NCBI GenBank assembly: GCA_049967655.1
Contig: JBMFSH010000009.1
Span: forward strand, 37,374 to 101,373
Direction: 5' to 3'
DNA: 64,000 bases
Source: Acidobacteriota bacterium
Lineage (GTDB): Bacteria > Acidobacteriota > UBA4820 > DSQY01
The notes beneath the pieces were generated by a model that saw nothing but the letters and a program-made list of their open reading frames with translations, was not told the origin of the DNA and did no database searches. The translations under genes and the position numbers were made by a program. The first letter of the stretch is position 1. The number at the start of each line of letters is the position of its first letter. This document shows, in pieces, positions 1 to 9,044 of this stretch.

Positions 1-2
1 TG

Positions 3-740
3 GGCGCTTTCTGGGGCGCCCTCGTGGCCGTGGGGCTGGGCTGGGAGGGCTACGGATTCCTCCTCCTCTTTTATCTCCTGGCTAACGGCAGCACCTACGT
101 GGGTCTCGGCCGCAAGCGGGCTCTGGGCATCGCCGAGAGCGACGGCGGCCGCAGAGGTGTGCCGTCGGTCTTTTCCAAGGGGCTCTTTCCGGCCCTGTTC
201 GCGCTGGTGTCCCCCGCGGCTTTCGTGGCCAGCCTGGCTGCCTATGCCGCCGACACGGTGGCCTCGGAGGTCGGGAAGCTGAGCCGGGGCAGGACCCTTC
301 TTCTCTGGTCCCGCCGTAGCTCCAAGGCCGGAGAACCGGGCGGTGTGAGCCTGGCCGGCACCGCCTCCGGCCTCGCCGCCGCGGGCCTCTTCTGCGGCGC
401 CTTTCTGGCGGTGCTGATGCTGCAGCACCGGCTCTACGGGACGGCCCTCCCCCGATTTCAGACCGCCTTTCTGAGGGCCGACCTGATCCGCTTCGGCTTT
501 CCCACGGGATGGGCGCAGTTCACCCGCTGGATGCCCCTCGCCGCCCTCCTGCTCTTCGTTTCGGTGGCCATCGTCTTCTTCCTCGAATCGGTGCTGAACG
601 AGACCGTCGCAGCCCGCGGCTGGTTTCCCAAGCCCATCATCCATCTGCTCACGGGCGCGCTGGCCGGCCTCCTGCCCTTTCTACTCGCCACCGTCCTGAG
701 CCGTCCTTCAGACATCCTGGCGCTATGGGCGGCCCGATGA
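3..740 (+). CDS. DUF92 (TMEM19/VTE6-like) membrane protein, 5'-partial
   Basis: Frame is open to the window edge. Hydrophobic protein with DUF92-type motifs AESDGGRRG..V, A..ADTVASEVG and GEPGGVSLAGT. Stop overlaps the next ATG (ATGA). Confidence 0.8.
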   Translation, partial: GAFWGALVAVGLGWEGYGFLLLFYLLANGSTYVGLGRKRALGIAESDGGRRGVPSVFSKGLFPALFALVSPAAFVASLAAYAADTVASEVGKLSRGRTLLLWSRRSSKAGEPGGVSLAGTASGLAAAGLFCGAFLAVLMLQHRLYGTALPRFQTAFLRADLIRFGFPTGWAQFTRWMPLAALLLFVSVAIVFFLESVLNETVAARGWFPKPIIHLLTGALAGLLPFLLATVLSRPSDILALWAAR

Positions 741-1711
741 GGTGGAAGCCCTGGATCGCCCTGATCCGGCCCTTCACCCTCGTGCCGCCGCTGCTCGGCA
801 TCCTGTCCGGCTCGGCCTGCGCCTACGGCTCGGCCCACAATCCGTACGCGTCGTTCACGTGGGAGCTTTTCGCGACCCTGCTCCTGGGCTCCTTCTGCGC
901 CTCCCTCATGAACGCGGCCTCCAACATCATCAACCAGGTCTACGACCTCGACATCGATAGGATCAACAAGCCCTCGCGGCCCCTCTGCACCGGCGAGGTA
1001 ACGCCGAGGAGCGCGCTGGTCGCGTCGTGGTGCATGTACGTGCTCTCGCTCGCGCCCATCTGGTGGGTCGTGCCCCCTCCCTACGACCAGGGGCTGCTGG
1101 CCAGGATGCGGGCACCGTGGCAGGCCCACGCCTGCTTCTGGATCTACCTGGGGGGGCTTCTGTGCACCTTCATCTACTCCTCGCCGCGCCTGGGCCGCAC
1201 CAAGCGGTTCGGCGTCTGGGCCAACGTCACCATCGCCGCGGCGCGCGGGGAGCTGCTCAAGGTCGCGGGGTGGGCCATGGTGGCCACCGTGAGCCTCTGG
1301 GAGCCGTGGTATCTCGGCCTAGTCTTCTTCCTGTTTCTTCTGGGAGCCACGTCCACGAAGGACTTCAGCGACATGGAGGGAGACCGCCTGGGCGGCTGCC
1401 GGACCCTGCCGATCACCTATGGGCCCCGCAAGGCCGCCTGGATGATCGCCCCGTCCTTCGTGCTGCCCTGGCTGCTATTTCCCCTGGGCCTCCTTCTGCC
1501 GGCCCCCTCGGGCGGGCGCCTCCTGACCGGGAACCCCCTCCTGCTCACCCTTCTGGGTGCGGCGCTCGTGCTCTGGGGAAGCCGCACCGTTTGGCCTCTT
1601 CTGCGCAATCCCGAAGAGCTGGCCTACACCGAGAACCACCCCTCCTGGACGGAGATGTACGGCATGATGATGGCCGCGCAGGTGGGGCTCGCCGCGGCCT
1701 ACCTCCTGTAA
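737..1711 (+). CDS. UbiA-family prenyltransferase
   Basis: LIRPFTL N-terminus, Asp-rich motifs NQVYDLDIDRINKPSRPL and KDFSDMEGD, many TM segments. ATGA coupling to the upstream gene. Confidence 0.88.
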   Translation: MRWKPWIALIRPFTLVPPLLGILSGSACAYGSAHNPYASFTWELFATLLLGSFCASLMNAASNIINQVYDLDIDRINKPSRPLCTGEVTPRSALVASWCMYVLSLAPIWWVVPPPYDQGLLARMRAPWQAHACFWIYLGGLLCTFIYSSPRLGRTKRFGVWANVTIAAARGELLKVAGWAMVATVSLWEPWYLGLVFFLFLLGATSTKDFSDMEGDRLGGCRTLPITYGPRKAAWMIAPSFVLPWLLFPLGLLLPAPSGGRLLTGNPLLLTLLGAALVLWGSRTVWPLLRNPEELAYTENHPSWTEMYGMMMAAQVGLAAAYLL

Positions 1712-1773
1712 CGACGATGGATGACCTTTGATAGATGATGGGTGGGGAACGACAGCGGAGAGCGCATTGGTCA

Positions 1774-1794
1774 GTGGAGGGTGGAGGGTGGAGG
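1774..1794. repeat. Heptamer tandem repeat (GTGGAGG)x3
   Basis: Three perfect copies read directly. Two related units at 3974-3987. Confidence 0.75.
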
Positions 1795-1979
1795 GGCGGG
1801 GAAGGACCGTTCCCAAATTTCCCCATCCCCGCTGTGCCTCGGTGCCCTGCTGGTCTTCTTCTCGATCTGCCATTCGCCATCCGGCATCAGCCTGGAAACG
1901 GCGCTCCCGTCGGCCCTCCGGCGGGCTGGCATAGTCCCGGCGGTTTCGGGTTATACTCTTTTGGCGAAGGAGAAACCGC

Positions 1980-2432
1980 ATGCCCGAATCGAACGGCAAA
2001 CCATCGAGAGGCGGCCTCTTCTGGCTCGGAGTCGCGGCGGCCGTGGTGCTGCCCGCCGCCCTGAGCCTGATCTTCTGGGGCACCACGCCGGCGGTGGGAG
2101 GTTGGTCCCAGGTCGGGGTCTCCCCGTCCGAGTCATCCGCGGGACTGGACTATTCGCAGAACGGGCGCCTGCCCGTGGGCGCCGCCGCCACCAACGGCCG
2201 GTCCCTCTACCTCCAGAACTGCTCCTCGTGCCACGGGCCGACCCTCGCCGGCACCGGCACCATCCCCGCCCTGAAGCGGCCCAACTGGCCGTATTCCCAG
2301 GACCGCGATCTCCTGGTCAAGATCATCCACCAGGGGCGCGGCCTCACCATGCCCAGCTTCGACGGCAAGCTCTCCAACCAGCAGATCAGCGCCATCGCCG
2401 ACTACATCCAGAGCGAAAACGGCGCCAAGTAG
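1980..2432 (+). CDS. Membrane-anchored monoheme cytochrome c
   Basis: N-terminal TM segment, CSSCH heme motif, distal Met (LTMPSF), RBS AAGGAG. Confidence 0.9.
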   Translation: MPESNGKPSRGGLFWLGVAAAVVLPAALSLIFWGTTPAVGGWSQVGVSPSESSAGLDYSQNGRLPVGAAATNGRSLYLQNCSSCHGPTLAGTGTIPALKRPNWPYSQDRDLLVKIIHQGRGLTMPSFDGKLSNQQISAIADYIQSENGAK

Positions 2433-2486
2433 CTCCCGCGTCGGGAGGCTAACCCCGGTGGGGTTCGCGACCCGCGCAGCGGGCCC

Positions 2487-3902
2487 CTAACCCTTTGCCG
2501 GCCTGAGTTTCCCGTTCAGCCCCGAGTGGCGAAAGCCATAGCCCCCGTAGATGGCCAGCCCGACCAGGAGCCAGACGAGGAAGCGAAGCCAGGTGATCAG
2601 CGGCAGGCTCAACATCAGGTACCCGCAGAGGAGGATTCCCAGGGCCGGGAGCACCGGGGTCAAGGGAGCCCTGAAGGGCCGGACCATGTCCGGCCTCGTG
2701 AAGCGGAGCACGATGACGCCGGCGCAGACGATGATGAAGGCGAAGAGAGTCCCGATGGAGCAGAGCTCGGCCACCACGTTGATGGGGGTCAGCGCCGCGC
2801 TGACGGCCACGATGCATCCCGTGATCCAGGTGGTGACGTGGGGCGTCTGGAAGCGCGCGTGGACCTTGGAGAGGGCCTCGGGCAAGAGTCCGTCCCTCGA
2901 CATGGCGAAGAGGATGCGGGGCTGCCCCATCAGGAGCACCAGAAGCACGCTGGTGATCCCGGCCAAGGCCCCCACGCTGATGAGCGCGCTGGCCCAGCGC
3001 ATGTGCAGGACGTTCAGGACCAGGGCGATGGGGTCGGCAACGCCCAGCTCCTTGTAGGGCACGATCCCCGTCATGATGGCCGCCACGGCCATGTAGAGGA
3101 GGGTGGCCACTACCAGAGAGGCGATGATGCCGATGGGAAGGTCGCGCTGGGGGTTCCGAGCCTCTTCCGCTGTGGTGGAGACGGCGTCAAAGCCGATGTA
3201 GGCCAGAAACACGATGGCGGCCGCTGTCATGATGCCCTTCCAGCCGAAGGGGGCGAAGGGGATCCAGTTGGCCGGGTGGACGTACCACGCCGTCAGCGCG
3301 ATGAAAACCAGGATCACGGAGACCTTGATGACCACCACCGTGAGGTTCACGCGGCTGCTCTCCTTGATGCCTCGCACGAGGAGGTAGGAGATGGCGAGGA
3401 CAATGAGGGCGGCGGGCAGGTCGAGCAGGCCGGGATGCTCGGCAAAGGGGGGCGCCGTGAGGGCGGCGGGGAGCTCCAGCCCCATGCCCTTGAGGAGGTT
3501 CACGAGGTAGGCCGACCACCCGATGGCCACCAGGCTCGCTCCCACCATGTACTCCAGAACGAGGTCCCAGCCGATGATCCAGGCGAAGATCTCGCCCAGG
3601 CAGGCGTATCCGTAGGTGTAGGCGCTTCCGGACACGGGGAGCATGGCGGCCAGCTCCGCGTAGCAGAGGGCGCTGCACGCGCAGGCCGCGGCGGCCACCG
3701 CGAAGGAGAGGATGATGCCGGGGCCCGCGTGCTTGGCAGCCTCCACGCCGGGCAGCACGAAGATGCCGACCCCGATGATGCAGCCGATGCCGATGGCGGT
3801 CAGGTCCCAGGCGGTGAGGACCTTTCGAAGGCGATGTCCCTCCCTCTCGGTCTCCGACACGAGCAGCGCCAGGGACTTGGTCCGGAAAAGCTTGTGAGCC
3901 AT
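2487..3902 (-). CDS. APC-family amino acid permease
   Basis: GIGCIIGVGIF, ELAAMLPVSGSAY and AYIGFDAV motifs, multi-TM, GGAGG RBS before ATG at 3902. Confidence 0.93.
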   Translation of the reverse strand: MAHKLFRTKSLALLVSETEREGHRLRKVLTAWDLTAIGIGCIIGVGIFVLPGVEAAKHAGPGIILSFAVAAAACACSALCYAELAAMLPVSGSAYTYGYACLGEIFAWIIGWDLVLEYMVGASLVAIGWSAYLVNLLKGMGLELPAALTAPPFAEHPGLLDLPAALIVLAISYLLVRGIKESSRVNLTVVVIKVSVILVFIALTAWYVHPANWIPFAPFGWKGIMTAAAIVFLAYIGFDAVSTTAEEARNPQRDLPIGIIASLVVATLLYMAVAAIMTGIVPYKELGVADPIALVLNVLHMRWASALISVGALAGITSVLLVLLMGQPRILFAMSRDGLLPEALSKVHARFQTPHVTTWITGCIVAVSAALTPINVVAELCSIGTLFAFIIVCAGVIVLRFTRPDMVRPFRAPLTPVLPALGILLCGYLMLSLPLITWLRFLVWLLVGLAIYGGYGFRHSGLNGKLRPAKG

Positions 3903-4026
3903 GATCCTCCCCCTCACCTCATGAATGGACGGCCCTTATGCGGGGCCGAGTCCTGGCAGCATGGATCGAGACGGTGGAGGGTGGAGAAGGCCGCCGGCCG
4001 CGGCGCCGCGCCAGAGCTGCCCGGAG

Positions 4027-4485
4027 TCACTCCTTCTCCCCGTCGAAGTCCACGTCGTTCGGAATCTCGTTGGGATTCTTCTCCCCGGTGTAGGGGAAGT
4101 GGACCTTGAGGCGGCGGCCCACCTCCTCCACGGCCTCCACGAGCCCCTCGGTAAAATCTCCCTTTTTGAAGTTCTCCGAGAGCCTCGCCGCGACCGCCTC
4201 CCAGAACTCCTGCCCCACGTGCTGGTGGATGCCCTCATCGCCGATGATGCTGAAGCGTCGGCGGGACGGAACCACGAAGATCAGGACGCCGTTCCGGTGC
4301 TGAGTGCGATCCATGCCCATCCTGGTGAAGGCCTTCTGGGCGGTCCGGTGCACGCCGCCCCAGAAGAAATGGGCCACCGATACCCGGATCTCGCCCGAGG
4401 TCATGCGCTCGGCCTCCTCGATGGCGGCCTTCACCTTCTCCGCGTCCACGATGCGCCTCAGCCGGCGCCGGCTCATTCCGAACAT
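4027..4485 (-). CDS. TPM-domain (DUF477-like) protein
   Basis: AIEEAERMTSGEIRV, RNGVLIF, IIGDEGI, NPNEIPN. Third gene of a LemA-TPM-TPM cluster. Confidence 0.88.
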   Translation of the reverse strand: MFGMSRRRLRRIVDAEKVKAAIEEAERMTSGEIRVSVAHFFWGGVHRTAQKAFTRMGMDRTQHRNGVLIFVVPSRRRFSIIGDEGIHQHVGQEFWEAVAARLSENFKKGDFTEGLVEAVEEVGRRLKVHFPYTGEKNPNEIPNDVDFDGEKE

Positions 4486-4498
4486 GAAGCGCCTCCCG

Positions 4499-5266
4499 TC
4501 ACCACGAGCCCGAGGCCCCGCCGCCTCCCGAGCGCCCGCCGCCGCCGGAGAATCCTCCGCCGCCGCCCCCGAATCCACCTCCGCCGGCTCCCGAGAGGAT
4601 CTGGAAGAGGAGGAAGATGGCCAGGGTGGGATGCGTGACAAGCAGGAAAAGGAACCCGATGAGAAGGAGCCCGCCCAGGATCATCTGCCAGATGGTCAGG
4701 CCGGCGGGCTGCCCGCTCCCACGGACCGCCCTGGCCGGTTGCGAAACCGTGGCCGCCTGGATGGGCTCCTTCCACTGGGCGCCGCCCAGGGTTCCCAGGA
4801 TGCCCTCCACGCCCGCCGACACCGCGCCGTCGTAATCGTCGGCCTTGAGCTTGGGCAGCATGGCATCGTGGATGATGAGCCAGGCCGTGGCGTCGGGAAG
4901 CCGGCCCTCAAGGCCGTAGCCCACCTCGATGTGGAGCGATTTGTCCTGGGGGAAGACGAAGAGGGCGACGCCGTTGTCCTTGCCCTTCTGGCCGATGCGC
5001 CACGCGGCGAAGGCCTTGACGGCCCAGTCGTCGATGGGCACGCCGCCCGTGGTGGTCCCGATGTAGACGATGACCTGGTCGCCGGTCGCCTGCTGGAAGG
5101 CCTTGAGCCTTGCATTCAGCGCGTCGAGCGTGCCCGGGCTGAGCACTCCGGCCGCATCCGTAACCCACTGCGTGGGGGACGGCGGGATGGGAGTGCCCAC
5201 GGCGCCTGTCCAGACCGTGCAGGCCAGCAAGGCCGGCAACAGGAAGAAGAGTCGCTTCAATCGCAT
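4499..5266 (-). CDS. TPM-domain protein (YgcG-like) with TM segment and Gly-rich tail
   Basis: Signal peptide, VTDAAGVL, IGQKGKDNGVAL, IEVGYGLEG, C-terminal GGGGFSGGGGRSGGGGASGSW. Confidence 0.92.
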   Translation of the reverse strand: MRLKRLFFLLPALLACTVWTGAVGTPIPPSPTQWVTDAAGVLSPGTLDALNARLKAFQQATGDQVIVYIGTTTGGVPIDDWAVKAFAAWRIGQKGKDNGVALFVFPQDKSLHIEVGYGLEGRLPDATAWLIIHDAMLPKLKADDYDGAVSAGVEGILGTLGGAQWKEPIQAATVSQPARAVRGSGQPAGLTIWQMILGGLLLIGFLFLLVTHPTLAIFLLFQILSGAGGGGFGGGGGGFSGGGGRSGGGGASGSW

Positions 5267-5337
5267 GATGAAAGCCCCACTCGAAGGGGAGAGTTCAGGT
5301 CGCTTCCGATGCCACCTTCATCCGCCGCGGTCCTCGT

Positions 5338-5949
5338 TCAGAACTGGACCTTCGGAGCCGTCTCGGCACCGGCCTGGGCCTTGAAGTAGGGCTTGGGGTT
5401 GAACCGGCTCCCGAAGAAGCCGGCGATGATGTTGGTGGGGAAGCTCTGGCGCCTGGTGTTGAAGGCCTGGGCCGCCTCGTTGAAGCGCATGCGCTCCACG
5501 GCGATGCGGTTCTCGGTCCCCTCCAGCTGGGCCTGGAGCTCCTGGAAGTTTTGCGTCGCCTTCAGGTCGGGGTAGCGCTCCACCACGGCCATGAGGTGGG
5601 AAAGCGCGGAGGATAGGCCATCCTGGGCCTGCTGGAAGCGGGCGAAGGCCTGCGGATTGTTGGCTATGCCCTGCAGACCCTGCGCCGAGATCTGGCCCAC
5701 CTTGGAGCGGGCCTCGGCGACCTCGGTGAAGGTGCTCTTCTCAAAGGCCGCGGCGCCCTTGACCGTGGCCACCAGGTTGGGGATGAGGTCGGCCCTCCGC
5801 TGGTAGACGTTTTCCACCTGGGCCCACTGGGACTGGACCGCCTGGTCCAGGCTGACGAGCGAGTTGTAGGTGATGATGGCGTAAAGACCGACCGCGAGGC
5901 CGAACAGGATCAGAATGCCGATGAGTCCTAGGGCCACCCATTTGAACAT
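5338..5949 (-). CDS. lemA: LemA family protein
   Basis: N-terminal TM segment, YQRRADLIPNLV, ERYPDLKA, LEGTENRIAVER. AAGGAG RBS. Confidence 0.93.
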   Translation of the reverse strand: MFKWVALGLIGILILFGLAVGLYAIITYNSLVSLDQAVQSQWAQVENVYQRRADLIPNLVATVKGAAAFEKSTFTEVAEARSKVGQISAQGLQGIANNPQAFARFQQAQDGLSSALSHLMAVVERYPDLKATQNFQELQAQLEGTENRIAVERMRFNEAAQAFNTRRQSFPTNIIAGFFGSRFNPKPYFKAQAGAETAPKVQF

Positions 5950-6023
5950 GCGCGCATCTCCTTTGTATGCCCCGTGGCGGGGGCGCTCTTCTTGAAAGCA
6001 TAGCACAGAGGGGGGAGAGCGGA

Positions 6024-6086
6024 GTGGGAAGTGAGGCGTGAGGAGTAAGGAGTAAGGAGTAAAGAGTGAGGAGTAAGGTGTGAGAG
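6024..6086. repeat. Degenerate heptamer tandem array (consensus GTRAGGA) x9
   Basis: Units: gtgggaa gtgaggc gtgagga gtaagga gtaagga gtaaaga gtgagga gtaaggt gtgagag. Confidence 0.85.
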
Positions 6087-6097
6087 GCGGAGAGGGC

Positions 6098-6168
6098 TGT
6101 AGGAAACCTCTCCAGAGGCCGATGCGCCGTGCCGCCTCCCCGCTCGCGCTCTGGAGGGCGCTCCCCCA
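6098..6168. repeat. Inverted pair of GTAG-type REP sequences (REPIN-like)
   Basis: TGTAGGAAACCTCTCCAGAGGCCGAT faces an inverted copy CGCGCTCTGGAGGGCGCTCC. Better-conserved copies at 31058 and 54228. Confidence 0.65.
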
Positions 6169-6336
6169 TCGGAGGAAATTCCATCGCGCAATTTGGGCCT
6201 TTCGCTTCCCTTGCTTTCTTGGTGTCCTGGTGTCTAGGTGGTGAATCTGTTCTCTCCCTTTTCCGCCCTTCCCCCCGGATTTTGGTTATACTCTCCCTGC
6301 CGCCGTGGATTTGGCGTGCGGTTCGGGGGCAAAACC

Positions 6337-7974
6337 ATGGGCAGGCGTTTCACCGTCCTCTTCGCGGATGACGACCTCGGGGCCTACCGGCGCGAGCTGG
6401 AGCTGTATTTCGCCGTGGCCGAGCCCCAATGGGACCTCCGCTTCGCGACCAGCCTGAAGGAGGCCCTGGCCTACCTCTCCGCCGAGCGCGTGGACGCGGT
6501 GGTGCTGGACGTGGAGCTGACGCCGGGCGGCAAGGAGGGCATCCAGCTCCTGGTCCACCTGCGGCGCTACCAGGCCAATACCCCCATCATCGTGCTCACG
6601 GATGTCTCCGACGCCCGCGTGGTCCGGGATGCCTTCCTCTCCGAAACGCTGACGGAGGACTTCCGGCGCCAGGAGGTGGACCCCGACGGGTTCCTCTTCA
6701 AGGAGGAGATCCTCGCCAACCGGCGCTACGACATCCTTCACTGGGAGCTATCCAGGGGCCTCCACCATTACGGACGGGTGGCCAACCCAAGGGGTATCCT
6801 CGTGACGCACGGCACGGACACCATGGCCTGGGGGCTCTGCTACCTGCGGTACGCGCTGAAAAACCTCACGGCCAACGTGGCGGTGACGGGCTCCCAGGTC
6901 CCGCTGGAGGGCTACTACTCCATCTCCGACGCGCTCGGCAACCTCAAGACATCCATCTACCTTCTGACCCGCCTGCGCCCCGCACACCTCTTCGCGGTCT
7001 TCAACAACGGGCAGAGCATCTTCTCGGGGAGGCTCACCAAGTACCGGAAGTGGCACACCGACGCCTTCGACGGCCGGGTGGCCGCCAGCGCCGGCCCCGA
7101 GGGCGTCCACACGCTCCGCAAGGACTGGGTGATCATCCCCTACGAAGACCAGCGGCTGGAGGAGCTCCACCTGGTACGCACGGGCGGCACCATCGAATCC
7201 CAGCGGGACTCCCAGGCCGAGGGGGCCCTCAAGCCCACCGGCGACTTTGTCTGGAAGTACCTGAACGACGCCCTCTCCGAGTTTTTCGCCACGGCGGTGC
7301 GTCACGATCTGTTCGCGCTCGACTCCTCCAACATGTCTTTCGAGGAGTGGGCCGGCGTGGCCGGGGAGATCGAGCGGATCGGCGTGGCCACCGCCGACAC
7401 GCGATTCGACCTTTCGGTCAAGCCGGTCTACGCCAACCCCCTCTTCACCACCGAGGACTACCGCCGCCAGTTCTCGGCCTGCGGGCGCGGCGCCATCTTC
7501 GCGGGCTACGGGGGAGGCAACGCCAACACCTTTGAGCAGAGCTTCCGCTCCGTCCTTCCGGCCCTTCGGGAAGCCGTTAAGGCAGGCACCTTGGTGGGGA
7601 TCACCTCCCAGGTGCCCCTGGAACCCTACGACGCCGACTACGACGCCGGCCTGAACCTGCTGGAGGCGGGGGGGGTTCCGTGCGGCGACCTTCCCATGGC
7701 AGACGCTCAGGTCAAACTGAGCTACATCCTGGGCCATCCCGAGGAGCTTCGGACTGCGGCTGCGGAGTCGGGGCTGCCGGAGGCTCTTCTCGTGACCGCC
7801 GGGTTCCTCTCCGGCGTGAGCATGCGACGCGCCCTGGGCATGCAGACCTTCATCAAGCTCAAGGAGAGCCAGGGCATGCCGCTGCGCCTTCTTCCCGACG
7901 ACCCCTTCGTCTCCAAGCCCTTCGATGTGGGATTGCGGGCCGTGGTGGAGGCCTGCGCCACCTGCCCGCGCTGA
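6337..7974 (+). CDS. Response-regulator receiver domain fused to a segment-permuted L-asparaginase-like domain
   Basis: REC motifs FADDD, VLDVEL, IIVLT, FLFK. Asparaginase motifs HGTDT, TGSQVP, SDA..NL, TGGTI, DSSNM, GYGGGN, VKLSYILG. Confidence 0.88.
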   Translation: MGRRFTVLFADDDLGAYRRELELYFAVAEPQWDLRFATSLKEALAYLSAERVDAVVLDVELTPGGKEGIQLLVHLRRYQANTPIIVLTDVSDARVVRDAFLSETLTEDFRRQEVDPDGFLFKEEILANRRYDILHWELSRGLHHYGRVANPRGILVTHGTDTMAWGLCYLRYALKNLTANVAVTGSQVPLEGYYSISDALGNLKTSIYLLTRLRPAHLFAVFNNGQSIFSGRLTKYRKWHTDAFDGRVAASAGPEGVHTLRKDWVIIPYEDQRLEELHLVRTGGTIESQRDSQAEGALKPTGDFVWKYLNDALSEFFATAVRHDLFALDSSNMSFEEWAGVAGEIERIGVATADTRFDLSVKPVYANPLFTTEDYRRQFSACGRGAIFAGYGGGNANTFEQSFRSVLPALREAVKAGTLVGITSQVPLEPYDADYDAGLNLLEAGGVPCGDLPMADAQVKLSYILGHPEELRTAAAESGLPEALLVTAGFLSGVSMRRALGMQTFIKLKESQGMPLRLLPDDPFVSKPFDVGLRAVVEACATCPR

Positions 7975-7996
7975 ACACTGGCCCCGCGGGGCTCTT

Positions 7997-9013
7997 CTAT
8001 TCCCCCAGCTCTTCGCGCTCCTGGCTATTGAGCCGGGCGAGGGCGGAGCGGTAGGGCCAGTCCTCCAGGAATCCCTCCTCCTTCAGGATGCCGAGCTTCG
8101 AGCGGTGAAACTCCCAGTAGTCCTCCGTGCTCAGCGCTTCAAGGCGGTCCGCCAGGTGCACCAGGCGGGCGAACCACTGGAGGATGGCCTGGAGCTGCGC
8201 CCTCTGCCACCAGGGCATGAAGGGGGTGCGGATGGGGGTGCCCTGCACGGGCAGCTGGACGGCAATGGCCAGTCTGGCCGCGGCGAAGAGGATGAAGGCG
8301 AGGTTGGCTCCGGCCAGGGCCAGAAGCGCGTGCCAAAGGGTCGGGTCGCGCCAGGCCACCCCCTCGACCAGCAGGCCGAGAAGCAGGAGTCCCGAGGCGG
8401 CCGCTCCGCCGAGGCTCACCCACGGCACCCGCCACACGAGCCGTATGGGTGACTCCAGGGCCATGAGGGAGTAATACTCCCGGCGCACCTGTCCCGCGAT
8501 CCCCTTCCACTCCAGGACCAGCCGGTCGTAGACGAAGGAGCAGCGCCACCTCCTGGCCCGCCCGGTCCACTCGCAATGGCCTAGGTCGAGGGCTTCGAAG
8601 ACGCTCTGCAGCGGATAGCGCTTCTGCTCGACGCGCCGCTGCAGCTCGGCGATGAAGGCGCTGAAATCTCTCCCGGGCAGGCCGTGGAGCGAAAACAGCT
8701 CCTCTCCTTCGTATCCGTAGGCCCAGACCGAGAGGAGTGACGCGCGCCAGAGCAGGAGGAGCCAGGCGGCCGTTATGGCCCCTCCGGCGACCGCCATGGT
8801 GGCGTAGTCCACGGCTATCAGGAGGGCCGCCGCGGCGAACCCGGCGCTTACGGCCGACAGGATCAGGAAGGTCCGCAGCGGGAAGGTCTGGCGGTGGTAG
8901 GTATCCCAGATCTCGTCGTAGTACACCATATCGCTGCGGGTTTGCACACCGGAGGTGTACTCCTCCTCCACCACGCCCTCGGGCATGAGGGTGAAGCAGA
9001 CGCGCGTCCCCAT
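7997..9013 (-). CDS. Hypothetical membrane protein (two TM hairpins)
   Basis: Long ORF co-oriented downstream of lptE with two hydrophobic hairpins. Start codon uncertain. Confidence 0.7.
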   Translation of the reverse strand: MGTRVCFTLMPEGVVEEEYTSGVQTRSDMVYYDEIWDTYHRQTFPLRTFLILSAVSAGFAAAALLIAVDYATMAVAGGAITAAWLLLLWRASLLSVWAYGYEGEELFSLHGLPGRDFSAFIAELQRRVEQKRYPLQSVFEALDLGHCEWTGRARRWRCSFVYDRLVLEWKGIAGQVRREYYSLMALESPIRLVWRVPWVSLGGAAASGLLLLGLLVEGVAWRDPTLWHALLALAGANLAFILFAAARLAIAVQLPVQGTPIRTPFMPWWQRAQLQAILQWFARLVHLADRLEALSTEDYWEFHRSKLGILKEEGFLEDWPYRSALARLNSQEREELGE

Positions 9014-9044
9014 GTGGGGGCGCTCCTCGTGTCGGAACAACGGC

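Noticed and set aside
4027..5949. LemA-TPM-TPM cluster as a novel system
   Set aside because: This is a widespread, already known gene trio with no unusual features here.
6024..6245. Repeat-rich spacer as a possible CRISPR array
   Set aside because: Units are 7-8 nt tandem repeats without unique spacers, and no cas genes are present.
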